Assembly: GCA_963702435.1 (NCBI GenBank)
Contig: CAVPCR010000004.1
Location: 672,001-736,000 of the forward strand
DNA length: 64,000 bases
Source of the DNA: Candidatus Eiseniibacteriota bacterium
GTDB taxonomy: Bacteria; Eisenbacteria; RBG-16-71-46; CAVPCR01
Direction of reading: 5' to 3'
The notes under the pieces are model-generated. The model saw nothing but the letters and a program-made list of their open reading frames with translations, did no database searches and was not told where the DNA came from. This document shows positions 39,454 through 61,222 of the stretch, one piece after another. How positions within the stretch are numbered: the stretch's first letter is position 1; each line of letters opens with the position of its first letter. The position numbers and the translations under genes are program-made.

Positions 39454-39603
39454 ATGCGAGACAAGGTGATCCTGGCTTGCAGCGAATGCAAGCGACGGAA
39501 CTACAACATCAACAAGAACAAGCGTAAGCACCCGGACCGGCTGGAGTACAAGAAGTACTGCCCGTTCTGCCGGAAGCACACCCCGCACAGGGAGACGCGC
39601 TGA
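39454..39603 (+). CDS. rpmG: 50S ribosomal protein L33 (zinc-ribbon type)
   Basis: Read directly: [49 protein letters not shown] (below the ORF-track size cutoff). Confidence 0.95.
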   Translation: MRDKVILACSECKRRNYNINKNKRKHPDRLEYKKYCPFCRKHTPHRETR

Positions 39604-39785
39604 TGCTGGACAAGGCGAAGGAATTCCTGAAGGACGTCCGGATCGAGGCGACCAAGGTCACCTGGCCGAGCCGGGAAGAGCTGCGCGAGTCCACCGTCGT
39701 GGTGGTGGTCACCGTGTCGATCATCTCGGTCTTCATCGCCGTCGTGGACCGGGGCGTCGGGTTTCTGGTCTCTCTGATCATCTAG
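39603..39785 (+). CDS. secE: Preprotein translocase subunit SecE
   Basis: EATKVTWPSREE plus one TM helix; synteny. Confidence 0.93.
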   Translation: MLDKAKEFLKDVRIEATKVTWPSREELRESTVVVVVTVSIISVFIAVVDRGVGFLVSLII

Positions 39786-39849
39786 TCACCGGGGGCGGGG
39801 AAGCGGGCAGCGGCGGCCGGTCGGGCCGGTCGCGGCGCGGACGGAGAAC

Positions 39850-40380
39850 ATGGCCAAGAGTGGTATGTGATCCATACCTATTCGGGTCACGAGAACAAGG
39901 TTAGATCCAATCTCGAGCGGGCATCCGGCTACGGCCGGGCTGCAGGAGCTCCTTCGGCGAGATCCTGGTCGCCACCGAGGAGTTCGCCGAGATGAAGGAC
40001 GGCAAGCGCACGGTCTCGAAGCGCAAGACCTTCCGTGCTACGTGCTCGTCGAGATGGAGCTCGACACCGAGACCCAGGCGCTCGTGACGAACATCCCCGG
40101 CGTGACCCGCTTCGTCGGGACCGGACAGAATCCGATTGCCGCTGAGCCGAGGCGGAGATCGACCGCATCCAGGGACGCATCGACGGCACCGACGAGGAGC
40201 TGGCCGAGGTCCCGTACAAGGCGGGCGACCACGTTAAGGTGATCGACGGTCCGTTCAGCGAGTTCACCGGCGTGGTGGACGAGATGAACGCGGAGCGCGG
40301 GAAGCTCAAGGTGATGGTCTCGATCTTCGGCCGCGCAGACGCCGGTGGAGCTCGACTTCCTCCAGGTGCAGAGCCTCTAG
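39850..40380 (+). CDS. nusG: Transcription factor NusG (frameshifted)
   Basis: [31 protein letters not shown] motif [20 protein letters not shown]. Confidence 0.93.
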
Positions 40381-40512
40381 CGGCGAACGAGGGACCTCCG
40401 CCGGGGATGCTGCCGCAGATCGCGGTGCGCCCCACGGTGCGAGGGAGCGGCAGGGCGGCGGCCCGTTCTCACCGGGAACGGACCGGTCGCGCCACCGCGA
40501 CGAGGAGATGAC

Positions 40513-40937
40513 ATGGCCAAGGCAATTCTCGCGCAGGTCAAGTTGCAGATCCCTGCCGGGCAGGCCAATCCTGCCCCGCCGGTCGGGCCCGGCCCTGGGC
40601 CAGCACGGCGTCAACATCATGGAGTTCTGCAAGCAGTTCAACGCCCGCACGCAGAGCCAGCAGGGGCTGATCATTCCGGTCGTGATCACGGTCTACAAGG
40701 ACCGGTCCTTCACCTTCATCATCAAGACACCGCCCGCGGCCATCCTGCTCAAGCGGGCCGCCGGCATCGCCACCGCCTCCGGGGAGCCGAACCGCAAGAA
40801 GGTCGGCACGGTCACCCGGCAGCAGGTGCGCGAGATCGCCGAGCTCGAAGATGCCCGACCTGAACGCCAACGACGTGGACACGGCGATGCGGATGATCGA
40901 GGGCACCGCGCGCAGCATGGGCATCACGGTGGAATAG
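40513..40937 (+). CDS. rplK: 50S ribosomal protein L11 (frameshifted)
   Basis: [40 protein letters not shown]. Confidence 0.95.
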
Positions 40938-40956
40938 GCGGGGGAGGCTTGACGCG

Positions 40957-41665
40957 ATGAAGCACGGGAAGCGATATCGCAAGGCGGTCGAGGAGATCGG
41001 CGCTCGCCGGATGGTCGGCGACCTCGGCGAGGCCGTCGAGATGCGTGAAGAAGTTCGCCACCGCCAAGTTCGACGAGACGATCGAGATCTCGGCCAAGCT
41101 CGGCGTCGATCCGCGCCACGCCGACCAGCATGGTGCGCGGCACGGTGGTGCTCCCGCACGGCACCGGACAAGCACGGTGCGCGTGCTGGTCCTCGCCAAG
41201 GGCGAGAAGGTGAAGGAAGCCGAGGCGGCCGGCGCCGACTTCGCGGGCGGCGAGGACATGGTCCAGAAGATCCAGGAAGGCTGGCTCGACTTCGACAAGG
41301 TGGTCGCGACCCCCGACATGATGGGCGAGGTCGGCAAGCTCGGCAAGATCCTCGGTCCGCGCGGGCTCATGCCCAACCCGAAGAGCGGCACGGTGACCTT
41401 CGATGTGGCCAAGGCCGTGCGCGACCTGAAGGCGGGCAAGATCGAGTTCCGCGTCGACAAGGGATCGAACGTGCACGCGCCGCTCGGGAAGAAGTCCTTC
41501 GAGCACGCGAAGCTCAGGGAGAATCTCGAGACCTTCCTGCGCGAGCTGGTCCGCGCCAAGCCGGCGGCGGCCAAGGGCAATTACGTGCGTAGTCTGACCT
41601 TGAGCTCGACGATGAGCCCCGGCGTGCGGCTCGACGTCAACACCGTTCTGAGCGAGCTCGTTTAG
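40957..41665 (+). CDS. rplA: 50S ribosomal protein L1 (frameshifted)
   Basis: [31 protein letters not shown]. Confidence 0.95.
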
Positions 41666-41767
41666 CCGGGGGCGAAGGCTTCTGGACCGCCGTTCGCCCG
41701 GCTCGAGCGGGCCGGCGGGAGGCGCCGGGCGATCGCATCTGCGGTCGCACCGCCGAGAGGAGTGGAG

Positions 41768-42406
41768 ATGCCGACTCAAGCGAAGATGACCGAGATCGAT
41801 GCGCTCGTCCGCGAGTGGACCGGCGCGCAGAGCGTCGTGCTGGCCGACTACGGCGGCATGGACGTGGCCACGATCTCCGAGCTCCGCCGGCGCTGCCGCG
41901 CGGAGAAGGTGCGCTTCCGCGTCGCCAAGAACACGCTGTCGAAGCGTGCGCTCGAGCAGATCGGGATGGGCGAGCTGGGGCCGCTGCTCGAAGGCTCGAT
42001 CGGAATCGCCGTCTCGCACGGCGACGAGATGGCGGCGGTGCGTGTGATCGCCGCGTTCGCCAAGGAGAAGGAGAAGCCGCAGGTCAGGGGCGGCATGGTG
42101 CAGGGTCGCCTGTACACGATCGAGGAGATCAAGGTCCTCGCCAGCCTGCCGGCACGGAACGAACTCCTCGCCCAGCTCCTTATGACTTTCCAGGCGCCGA
42201 CGAGCGGAGTGGTCGGCATCCTGAACCGTCTCACCAGCGACCTCGTTTCGATCCTCGACCAGCTGGCGGAGAAGCGGGGCGGCGGCGCCGCGCCGGCTCC
42301 TGCCGCCGGCACGGCCGAGACCGCCGAGGGGGCGCCGGAGGAGAACCCGGCCGCGGACGCCGCGGAGGACGCGGACGCCGCGGAGGCCGGGGACGCCCCG
42401 GTCTGA
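41768..42406 (+). CDS. rplJ: 50S ribosomal protein L10 with an acidic Ala/Glu tail
   Basis: ADY.G, VAKNTL, LASLP.RNELLAQL; synteny. Confidence 0.93.
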   Translation: MPTQAKMTEIDALVREWTGAQSVVLADYGGMDVATISELRRRCRAEKVRFRVAKNTLSKRALEQIGMGELGPLLEGSIGIAVSHGDEMAAVRVIAAFAKEKEKPQVRGGMVQGRLYTIEEIKVLASLPARNELLAQLLMTFQAPTSGVVGILNRLTSDLVSILDQLAEKRGGGAAPAPAAGTAETAEGAPEENPAADAAEDADAAEAGDAPV

Positions 42407-42542
42407 CCGGGGCGCGGCTCCTCATGGCGTGGAGCCCCCGCCGGTCGCCGGCGGGTCGGGAACGGGAGCCCACTGGAAGCCAGGCTCTACGGACTAGCGG
42501 TTCGTTGACCTCAATCACCAACTAGATAGGGAGAACCAGGAG

Positions 42543-42929
42543 ATGTCGACCAAAGTTGATCAGGTCTTTGAGCTCATCACGGGGATGACGGTCCTCGAGA
42601 TCAACGACCTCAAGAAGAAGTTCGAGACCGAGTTCGGGGATCACGGCCGCGGCGCCGATGATGATGGCCGGCATGATGCCGGGCATGGGCGGTGGCGCGG
42701 CGGCGGTCGAGGAGCAGACCGAGTTCGACGTCGTGCTGACCGGCGTCCGGCGACAAGAAGATCCAGGTCATCAAGGTGGTGCGCGAGCTCACCGGGCTCG
42801 GCCTCAAGGAGGCCAAGGACCTCGTCGACAGCGCGCCCAAGGCGGTCAAGGAGAAGGTCGTCCAAGGCCGAGGCCCTGGATATCAAGACCAAGATCGAGG
42901 AAGTGGGCGGCAACGTCGAGATCAAGTAG
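42543..42929 (+). CDS. rplL: 50S ribosomal protein L7/L12 (internal frameshifts)
   Basis: [37 protein letters not shown]. Confidence 0.95.
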   Translation: MSTKVDQVFELITGMTVLEINDLKKKFETEFGDHGRGADDDGRHDAGHGRWRGGGRGADRVRRRADRRPATRRSRSSRWCASSPGSASRRPRTSSTARPRRSRRRSSKAEALDIKTKIEEVGGNVEIK

Positions 42930-43121
42930 CCGCTGCCCGCGGGCGGCGCAGCGCGCGATCTCCGCGCGCAGCGTGTGCCCGCGGCGAGATAGCGCCTCGA
43001 GGCCAGATAGCCCGCCGATACGCCGGTCGGCGGGCTCCAGAGCGGGCTCCCGAGCGGCCCGCATCGCGCTGCACGCCGCCCGCGCGGCGGCAGCGGGCGG
43101 CGAGAAGGGAAAGCGAGTTCC

Positions 43122-47108
<3,987 letters not shown>

Positions 47109-47143
47109 CCGCAGACGCCGAGCGAGGCCGCACAGGAGGTCCG

Positions 47144-51443
<4,300 letters not shown>

Positions 51444-51571
51444 GAGCGCTCCCCGGCGGCCGGCCGCCGGGGATTTCCAGGCCTTCCACCCCCGGCGGGC
51501 GGAACGGGCGGAAATTGGCCGGAATCGGCGGGAATCGTCGAGATCGGCCGGAATCAGGCCGGAATCGGGCC

Positions 51572-51601
51572 TTGACGCCTGCAACGGGCTTTCGATAGTA
51601 T
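51572..51601 (+). promoter_or_regulatory. Putative promoter of the str operon
   Basis: TTGACG-N18-TAGTAT upstream of rpsL. Confidence 0.65.
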
Positions 51602-51714
51602 CCGTAGTCTGCGCTTCACGCCATCGCGCGAAGCGGTGGATCGGTGAGTCAAGCGCAAGCGAACACGTCATTTAGCCTTGGCGGCCGGAGCCGCCGGGTA
51701 GGGAGAGCGATCTC

Positions 51715-52100
<386 letters not shown>

Positions 52101-52108
52101 GGTCGTCG

Positions 52109-52601
52109 ATGGCCGAGGGGACGGAGAGTCGAGAAAGCCGATTTCCAGCGTCGCGAGCCGGCAGCCGGATCCGAAGTACGACAACGTGCTCGTCACCCGC
52201 TTCATCAACTCCGTGATGAGGCGGGGCAAGAAGAGCACGGCCGAGCGGATCTTCTACGGCGCCTGCGGATCATCGAGGAGAAGACCGGGCAGGACGGGCT
52301 GCCGGTCTTGAAGCAGGCCCTCAACAACGTCAAGCCCGAACCTGGAGGTGAAGAGTCGCGGCGCGTCGGCGGGGCGACCTACCAGGTGCCGGTCGAGATC
52401 ACGCCCGGAGCGGCGCAACGCGCTCTGGCGATGCGCTGGCTCATCTCCTACGCTCGCGCTCGGCCGGACCACACGATGGCGGAGAAGCTGGCCGCGGAGA
52501 TCATCGCGGCGTCCAAGAACGAGGGGGCGGCGATCAAGAAGCGGGAAGACACGCACCAGATGGCCGAGGCCAACAAGGCCTTCGCCCACTACCGCTGGTA
52601 A
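52109..52601 (+). CDS. rpsG: 30S ribosomal protein S7 (frameshifted)
   Basis: [30 protein letters not shown]. Confidence 0.95.
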
Positions 52602-52998
52602 TCCGCCAAGTCGCTGACAAGCCCCATGCGCAGGTCGCGGAGCCCTCGCGGCTCCGATCAGGCGGCGCAATCCGACCGGGGCTCCTATAGCGGCTGCTCG
52701 AGACAACCAGACAACTGAACCGTCGTTCCGTGCCGGGATCGCGGGCCTCGCCAAGGCTCTTGATCCCCGAGGCGGGACGTGCGCGTCAGGCGACCAGGCC
52801 GGCGGAACTCCCCGCGGCGGGCGCCTCTTCGCGTCGCACATGAAGCGTCGCCCGGCGCCGAACTCGGTGCCGGCAGATCGCCCGCGGTCTCGTTTGCGGC
52901 CGCGCGTCGGATCGGGCGTTCGACGGACCGGGGGCCATGGGGGCCCTCGGCGCGAGGACATGCGGCCGCCGGGCCGCCAGATCGAGGTTCCAGGTCCC

Positions 52999-55112
52999 TT
53001 GGCTCGCCAGTTCTCCATAGAGAGACCTGCGCAACATCGGGATCATGGCCCACATCGATGCCGGCAAGACCACCCTGACCGAGCGGATCCTCTTCTACAC
53101 GGGCCGGATCCATCGCATGGGCGAGGTGCACGACGGCGCCGCCACCATGGACTGGATGGAGCAGGAGCGGGAGCGCGGGATCACGATCACCTCGGCGGCC
53201 ACGACCTGCCGTCTGGACGGACCACCAGATCAACATCATCGACACCCCCGGCCACGTCGACTTCACGGTCGAGGTCGAGCGGTCGCTGCGCGTCCTCGAC
53301 GGCGCGATCGCCGTCTTCTGCGGCGTCGGCGGCGTCGAGCCGCAGTCCGAGACGGTCTGGCGCCAGGCCGACAAGTACGGCGTCCCGCGCATCGCCTTCG
53401 TCAACAAGATGGACCGCGTCGGCGCCGACTTCTGACGTCGTCGTGCAGCATGATGCGCGAGCGCCTGGGCGCGCAGCCGGTGCCGGTGCAGATGCCGGTC
53501 ATGATGGGCGACATCTTCCAGGGGCATCATCGACCTGGTGGAGATGGAGTCGTGATCTACGTCGAGGAAGGCACGGCCGCACCACGGTCGTCAAGGAGCC
53601 CATCCCCAAGGACCTGGATCGCCGAGTGGCCGAAGAGCGCGCGGCACACGATGCTCGAGGCGATCGCCGAGTACGACGACGAGCTGACTCGCAGCGCTAC
53701 CTCGAGGCGCCACGATCACGCCGGCCGACTGATCAAGGAGGCGATCCGCCAGGGGACCATCGCCGCACGAGATCGTGCCCGGTGCTCGTGCGGCTCGCGC
53801 CTATCAAGAACAAGGGCGTGCGCCAGCTGCTCGACGCGCGTGGTCGACTACCTGCCGTCGCCGGTCGACATGCCGCCGGTCGCGGGCACGAACCCTCGAC
53901 ACGCGAGAACGAGGTGGCGCGGCGGCCGACCGACGACGAGCCGTTCGCGGCCCTGGCTTTCAAGATCATGACCGACCCGTACGTCGGGCAAGCTGGCCTT
54001 CTTCCGCGTCTACTCGGGCACGGTCGAGACGGGCGACACGGTGTTGAACGTCGGCGACGCAGAAGCGGCGAGCGGATCGGCCGGATCGTGCGCATGCACG
54101 CCAACAAGCGCGAGGAGGTCGAGGAGGTCTACGCCGGCGAGATCGGCGCCGCTGGTGGGGCTTCGCAGGGTCGTCGACCGGCGACACGCTCTGCGGCTCC
54201 CGACCACCCGGTCGTGCTCGAGTCGATGCACTTCCCGGAGCCGGTCATCGCGGTGGCGATCGAGCCGAAGACCAAGGCCGACGAGGAGAAGCTCGGCAAC
54301 GCGCTCCAGAAGCTGTCCGAGGAGGATCCGACCTTCCGCGTCAAGACGGACGAGGAGACCGGCCAGACCATCATCTCCGGGATGGGCGAGCTGCACCTCG
54401 AGATCCTCGTCGACCGCATGCTGCCGCGAGTTCAAGGTCGAGGCGAACGGTCGGCAAGCCGCAGGTCGCCTATCGCGAGACGATCACGCGCGACGGTCGA
54501 GCAGCGCGAGCGCTTCGTGAAGCAGACCGGCGGCCACGGCCAGTACGGCGACGTGACCATCCGGGTCGAGCCCGCTCCGGGGCAGGGCTTCGTCTTCGAG
54601 AACAAGATCGTGGGCGGCGTCATCCCGCGGGAGTACATCCCGGCCGTGCGAGCAGGGCGTCAAGGAGGCGATGCGAGAGCGGCGTCGCTCGCCGGCTACC
54701 CGGTGGTCGACGTCAAGGTCACGCTCCTCGACGGCTCCTACCACGAGGTCGACTCGTCCGAGATGGCGTTCAAGATCGCCGGTCGATGGCGCCATCAAGG
54801 AGGCGATCGGCAAGGCCTCGCCCCGGCTGCTCGAGCCGGTCATGGACGTCGAGGTGGTCGTCCCCGAGGAGTACATGGGCGAGGTCATCGGCGACCTGAC
54901 CGCGCGGCGCGGGCAGATCGGCGGCATGTTCGAGCGCGGCGACGCGCGCGTCGTCGCGGCCCACGTGCCGCTGGCCGAGATGTTCGGATACGCGACGCGG
55001 CTGCGCTCGATGACCCAGGGGCGGGCGATCTACACCATGCAGTTCTCCCGCTACGACGGCGGTGCCCGAAGCAGCTGGCCGAGGAGATCTGGTCAAGAAG
55101 GCCAGCGGCTAG
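52999..55112 (+). CDS. fusA: Elongation factor G (many frameshifts)
   Basis: [44 protein letters not shown]. Confidence 0.96.
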
Positions 55113-55176
55113 ACGCCGGTCTGGGCGCCGCCGGCCGGCGGCCGCGCGCGGTCCTGATGAGGAGGCATTCGAGGAG

Positions 55177-56376
<1,200 letters not shown>

Positions 56377-56396
56377 CCGGCGAGGGAATCGAGCGC

Positions 56397-56715
<319 letters not shown>

Positions 56716-56748
56716 CGGGGCCACAGGCGGGAACCAGGAGGACAGGCG

Positions 56749-57457
56749 ATGATCGGGACTGATCGGGCGAAGAAATCGGCATGACCCAGATCTTCGACCG
56801 AGACGGGAAGGCTGGTCCCGGTGACCGTCATCGAGGCCGGGCCGTGCACCGGTCGTCGCAGCTGCGGACGCCGGAGACGCGACGGCTACACGGCGGTGCA
56901 GCTCGGGCTTCGGGCGCAAGCCAGGAGCGCACGTTCACCCGGCCGCGGCTCGGGCAGTTCAAGGCGCAAGCCGGTGCCTCCGCAGCGCCAGCTCCGCGAG
57001 TTCCGCGCGGCCGAGCCGGCCGGCTTCACGGTCGGCCAGAGCTCACGGTCGAGCAGTTCGAGCGGGCGCCGCGTCGACGTCGATCGGGATGACCAAGGGC
57101 AAGGGCTTCCAGGGCGTGGTCAAGCGCCACCGCTTCCACGGCGGCCCCGCCAGCCACGGCTCGAAGACCGGGCAAGCATGCCGGGCTCGATCGGCGTCGA
57201 GCGCTGGACCCGTCGCGCGTCTCAAGGGCACGAGCTCCCCGGCCACATGGGCGAGCGACCTGACCGTGCGGAACCTGAGAGTGGTCGGACTCGACCGAGC
57301 GCAACCTGATCTGGTCGAGGGATCGATCCCGGGCGCGATGAACACCATCGTGCTCATGCGGCCGGCGTCGCGGCCAGCGAGCGCCGTCGGCAACGGCCTG
57401 GGCATCAGGTCAAGCAGCCGACCAGGAAGGCCGGACGATCGCAGCAAGAAGAAGTAG
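56749..57457 (+). CDS. rplC: 50S ribosomal protein L3 (frameshifted)
   Basis: GMTQIF, PVTVIEAGPC, KGKGFQGVVKRH, HGS. Confidence 0.93.
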
Positions 57458-57460
57458 ACC

Positions 57461-58103
57461 ATGGACGCCAAGCACTTCAACGCGCAAGGCGAGGACGAGG
57501 GGACGATCGAGCTCCCGGCCGCGCTGTTCGAGCAGCCGATGCAACGAGCACGTGATGTGGGAGGTCGGTGACGCAGCTACCTCGCCAACCAGCGCCAGGG
57601 CACCTCGGCAGGTCAAGACCCGCGGCCTGGTCTCGCGGCGGCGGCAAGAAGCCGTTCCGCCAGAAGGGCACCGGGCGCGCGCGCGCAGGGCTCGACCCGC
57701 TCGCCGCTGTGGAAGCGCGGCGCCCGCGCCTTCGGGCCGCAGCCGCGCGACTACCGCATCGAGATCCCGAAGAAGGAGCGGCGGGCTGGCGCTGCGCTCG
57801 GCGCTGTCGGCGCGGGCCGGCGACCTCGCCATCGCGGTGCGTCGATCCGCTCGGACTCGACGGCCCCGGCGACCAGGACCGTGGCCTCGCTGCTCAGGAA
57901 GCTCGGCCTCGACGGGCAAGAGCTGCCTGCTCGTCCTCGGCGATCACGACGAGAACATCCACATGTCGACGCGCGCAACCTCCCCGGGTCAGGACCATCG
58001 CGGTCGCCAGCAGCTGAACCCCTACGAGCGTCATGCAGAGCGAGGCGATCCTGATCGACGACGAGCGGGCTCGCGCAAGATCGAGGAGGTCGTGCGCTCA
58101 TGA
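57461..58103 (+). CDS. rplD: 50S ribosomal protein L4 (frameshifted)
   Basis: NQRQG, GGKKPFRQKGTGRAR, FGPQPRDY. Confidence 0.93.
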
Positions 58104-58388
58104 AGGACCCCCGGCAGATCGTCGGCGGGCGCTGATCACCGAGAAGGGCGCCCGCTTCGCGAGAAGAACAACGTCTACTTCTTCGAGGTGGCCACCGAGG
58201 CGAACAAGATCGAGATCGCGCACGCGGTCGAGACGATCTTCAACGTCAAGGTCAGGGCGGTGCGCACCATCAACTGCGCAGGCAAGCTCAAGCGCCTGGG
58301 ACGCTATGCCGGCCAGCGCTCAGCATGGAAGAAGGCGATCGTCACGCTCAAGGCCGGCCAGACGATCGAGCTGTTCGACCAGGTCTAG
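58100..58388 (+). CDS. rplW: 50S ribosomal protein L23 (frameshifted)
   Basis: [28 protein letters not shown]. Confidence 0.93.
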
Positions 58389-58398
58389 AGGAACGGCC

Positions 58399-59244
58399 AT
58401 GGCGGATCAAGAAATTCAAGCCGGTCACCCCGACGCTCCGGTACAAGACGGTCTCCGACTTCGCGGAGATCACGAAGACGCAAGCCCGAGAAGTCGCTGA
58501 TCGAGCGGTCTCCGGCGCGACGGGCGGGCGCAACAACCACGGTCACGTGTCCGCCCGCTGCATCGGCGGCGGGCACAAGCGGCGCTACCGGATCATCGAT
58601 TTCCGGCGGGACAAGGACGGCATCCCGGCGAGGGTGGCGAGCGATCGAGTACGACCCGAACCGCTCGGCGCGCATCGCGCTGCTCCACTACGCCGACGGC
58701 GAGAAGCGCTACATCCTGGCGCCGGTCGGCGTCGGGGTCGGCGACACGGTGATGTCGGGGTCCGGACGCCGAGATCCGCGCCGGGGAACTGCGCTGCCGC
58801 TCCGCAGAGCGTCCCGCTCGGCACCAGCATCCACAACGTCGAGCTGATTCCCGGGCAAGGGCGGCCAGGTGGCGCGCTGGCGCCGGCACGTACTGCCAGC
58901 TCATGGCCAAGGAAGGGCGACTACGCGCAGCTGCGGCTGCCGTCGGGCGAGGTGCGGAAGTTCGACCTCGACTGCACTGCACGATCGGCAAGGTCGGGCA
59001 ACCTCGACCACGAGAACATCGTGATCGGCAAGGCCGGGCCGGAGCCGCTGGCTCGGCAGGCGGCCGCAGCGTCGCGCGGCGTGGCCATGAACCCGCACGA
59101 CCACCCGATGGGCGGCGGCGAGGGCAAGACGCTCCGGCGGGCGGCATCCGTGCACGCCCTGGGGCAAGCCGACCAAGGGTTTCAAGACGCGCAAGAAGAA
59201 GCTGTCGGACAAGCTGCATCGTCCGCCGGCGCGAGCAGAAGTAC
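58399..59244 (+). CDS. rplB: 50S ribosomal protein L2 (frameshifted; end approximate)
   Basis: [44 protein letters not shown]. Confidence 0.95.
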
Positions 59245-59261
59245 GCGACGGAGGGATCGCC

Positions 59262-59548
59262 ATGGCACGTTCGATCAAGAAGGGTCCGTTCGTCGACGCG
59301 AAGCTCTTCGGACGAAGATCGAGACGATGAACAAGGAGCGGGAGAAGAAGGTGCTCAGGACCTGGGCGCGCCGCTCGACGGTGCTGCCCGAGTTCGTCGG
59401 GCACACCCTCGCGGTGCACAACGGCAACAAGTTCATCCCGATCTACGTCACCGAGAACATGGTCGGCCACAAGCTCGGCGAGTTCGCGCCGACGCGGATC
59501 TTCCGCGGGCACGCGCAAGTCGGACAAGACACGTCGGTCCGCAAGTAG
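59262..59548 (+). CDS. rpsS: 30S ribosomal protein S19 (frameshifted)
   Basis: [29 protein letters not shown]. Confidence 0.95.
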
Positions 59549-59595
59549 CGGAGCGACCGAGCCGGAGCCGCAGGGACCGGAGCAAGCGAGGAGCA

Positions 59596-59994
59596 ATGGA
59601 AGCCAGAGCCATCGCCCGTACGTGCGGATCTCGCCGCGCAAGGCGGACCGGGTGCTCGGCTGATCCGCGGGCTGCACGTGGAGCAGGCGCAGGACGATCG
59701 CTGAGCTTCACGCCCGAAGCGGATGCGCGCAAGCCGATCAGCAAGGTCCTGAAGTCGGCGGTGGCGAACGCCGACTGAAGGCACGAGGACGAAGATCGAC
59801 CTGCGAGGACCTCGTACGTGAAGGCGGCCGTCGTCGGGGCGGCCCGACCATGAAGCGCTTCCTGCCGCGGGCGCAGGGGCGCGGCCACCCCGATTCTGAA
59901 GCGGACGAGCCACATCACGATCGTGGTGGCGACGCGAGACGAGATGCCGGACGCCAGGCGCTCGCAGCCGATGGCCGCGCAGGCCAAGGCCTAG
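59596..59994 (+). CDS. rplV: 50S ribosomal protein L22 (frameshifted)
   Basis: MEARAIAR, KVLKSAVANA, KRFLPRAQGR, KRTSHITIVV. Confidence 0.92.
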
Positions 59995-60012
59995 CGGACC
60001 GAGGAGAGCTCT

Positions 60013-60728
60013 TTGGGACAGAAGACCAATCCGATCGGTTTGCGGCTGGGGATCATCAGGACCTGGGACTCGCGCTGGTTCGCCAAGAAGCGAATACGCG
60101 AACCTGCTCGAGGAGGACCTCTTCATCCGGCAGTACCTGAAGAAGCGGCTCGCCAGGCGGCGTCTCCAAGATCATGATCGAGCGCGCGGCGCGACAAGGT
60201 CGACGTGACGATCCACACGCCCGGCCGGGCATGGTCATCGGCCGCAAGCGGCCAGCAGGTCAACCAGCTCCGCGATGAGCTGCAGCACCTCACGAAGAAG
60301 CAGGTCCTCCTCGACATCGAGGAGATCGAGCGAGCCGGACGTCGACGCCCAGCTCGTGGCCGAGCACATCGCCGGCAGCTCGAGCAGCGCGTCTCCTTCC
60401 GGCGGGCCATGAAGAAGGCGCTCTCCTCGGCATGCGCTCCGGCGCGCTGGGCATCCGCGTCGCCTGCTCGGGCCGCCTGGGCGGCGCCGAGATGTCGCGC
60501 TCCGAGAGCTACCGCGAGGGGCGGGTGCCGCTGCACACGCTGCGCGCGGACATCGACTTCGCCCGGGCCACGGCCGTCACCACCTACGGGTGCATCGGGG
60601 TGAAGGTCTGGATCTTCCACGGCGAGAGTCCTCGGCAACGAGAGGCCCCGAGACGGCGGCCGCCGAGCCCAAGCCGCGGCGTCCGTCCGCGGCAGTCGGC
60701 CCTGGCCGGACCGACGAGCGAGGAGTAG
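60013..60728 (+). CDS. rpsC: 30S ribosomal protein S3 (frameshifted)
   Basis: [33 protein letters not shown]. Confidence 0.94.
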
Positions 60729-60733
60729 GAGCC

Positions 60734-61160
60734 ATGCTGATGCCGAAGCGGGTCAAGTACCGCAAGCAGCAGCGCGGCCGGATGGCGCGGCATGGCCTAC
60801 CGCGGCGCGCACGGTGGCCTTCGGCGAGTTCGGGCTGCAAGGCGCTGGAGCCGGCTGGGTCACCAACCGGCAGATCGAGGCCGCGCGCGTCGCCATCAAC
60901 CGCGCACATCAAGCGCGGCGGCAAGATGTGGATCCGCATCTTCCCCGACAAGCCGGTGACGCAAGAAGCCGGCCGAGACCCGCATGGGCAAGGGCAAGGG
61001 CACTCCCGAGTTCTGGGTGGCGGTGGTCAAGCCGGGCCGGGTCATGTTCGAGCTCGAGGGGATCGATGAGCCGATGGCCCGCCGCGCGCTCGAGCTCGGG
61101 GCGTCCAAGCTGCCGCTCCGCACGCGTTTCGTCACGCGTGAAGAGCTGGCGGGCGAGTGA
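60734..61160 (+). CDS. rplP: 50S ribosomal protein L16 (frameshifted)
   Basis: [24 protein letters not shown]. Confidence 0.95.
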
Positions 61161-61222
61161 CGGGGCGGGCAGGGGTGAGCGACGGCCGGTAGCGGCGGAT
61201 AACGCGGCAGGGAACGACGATC

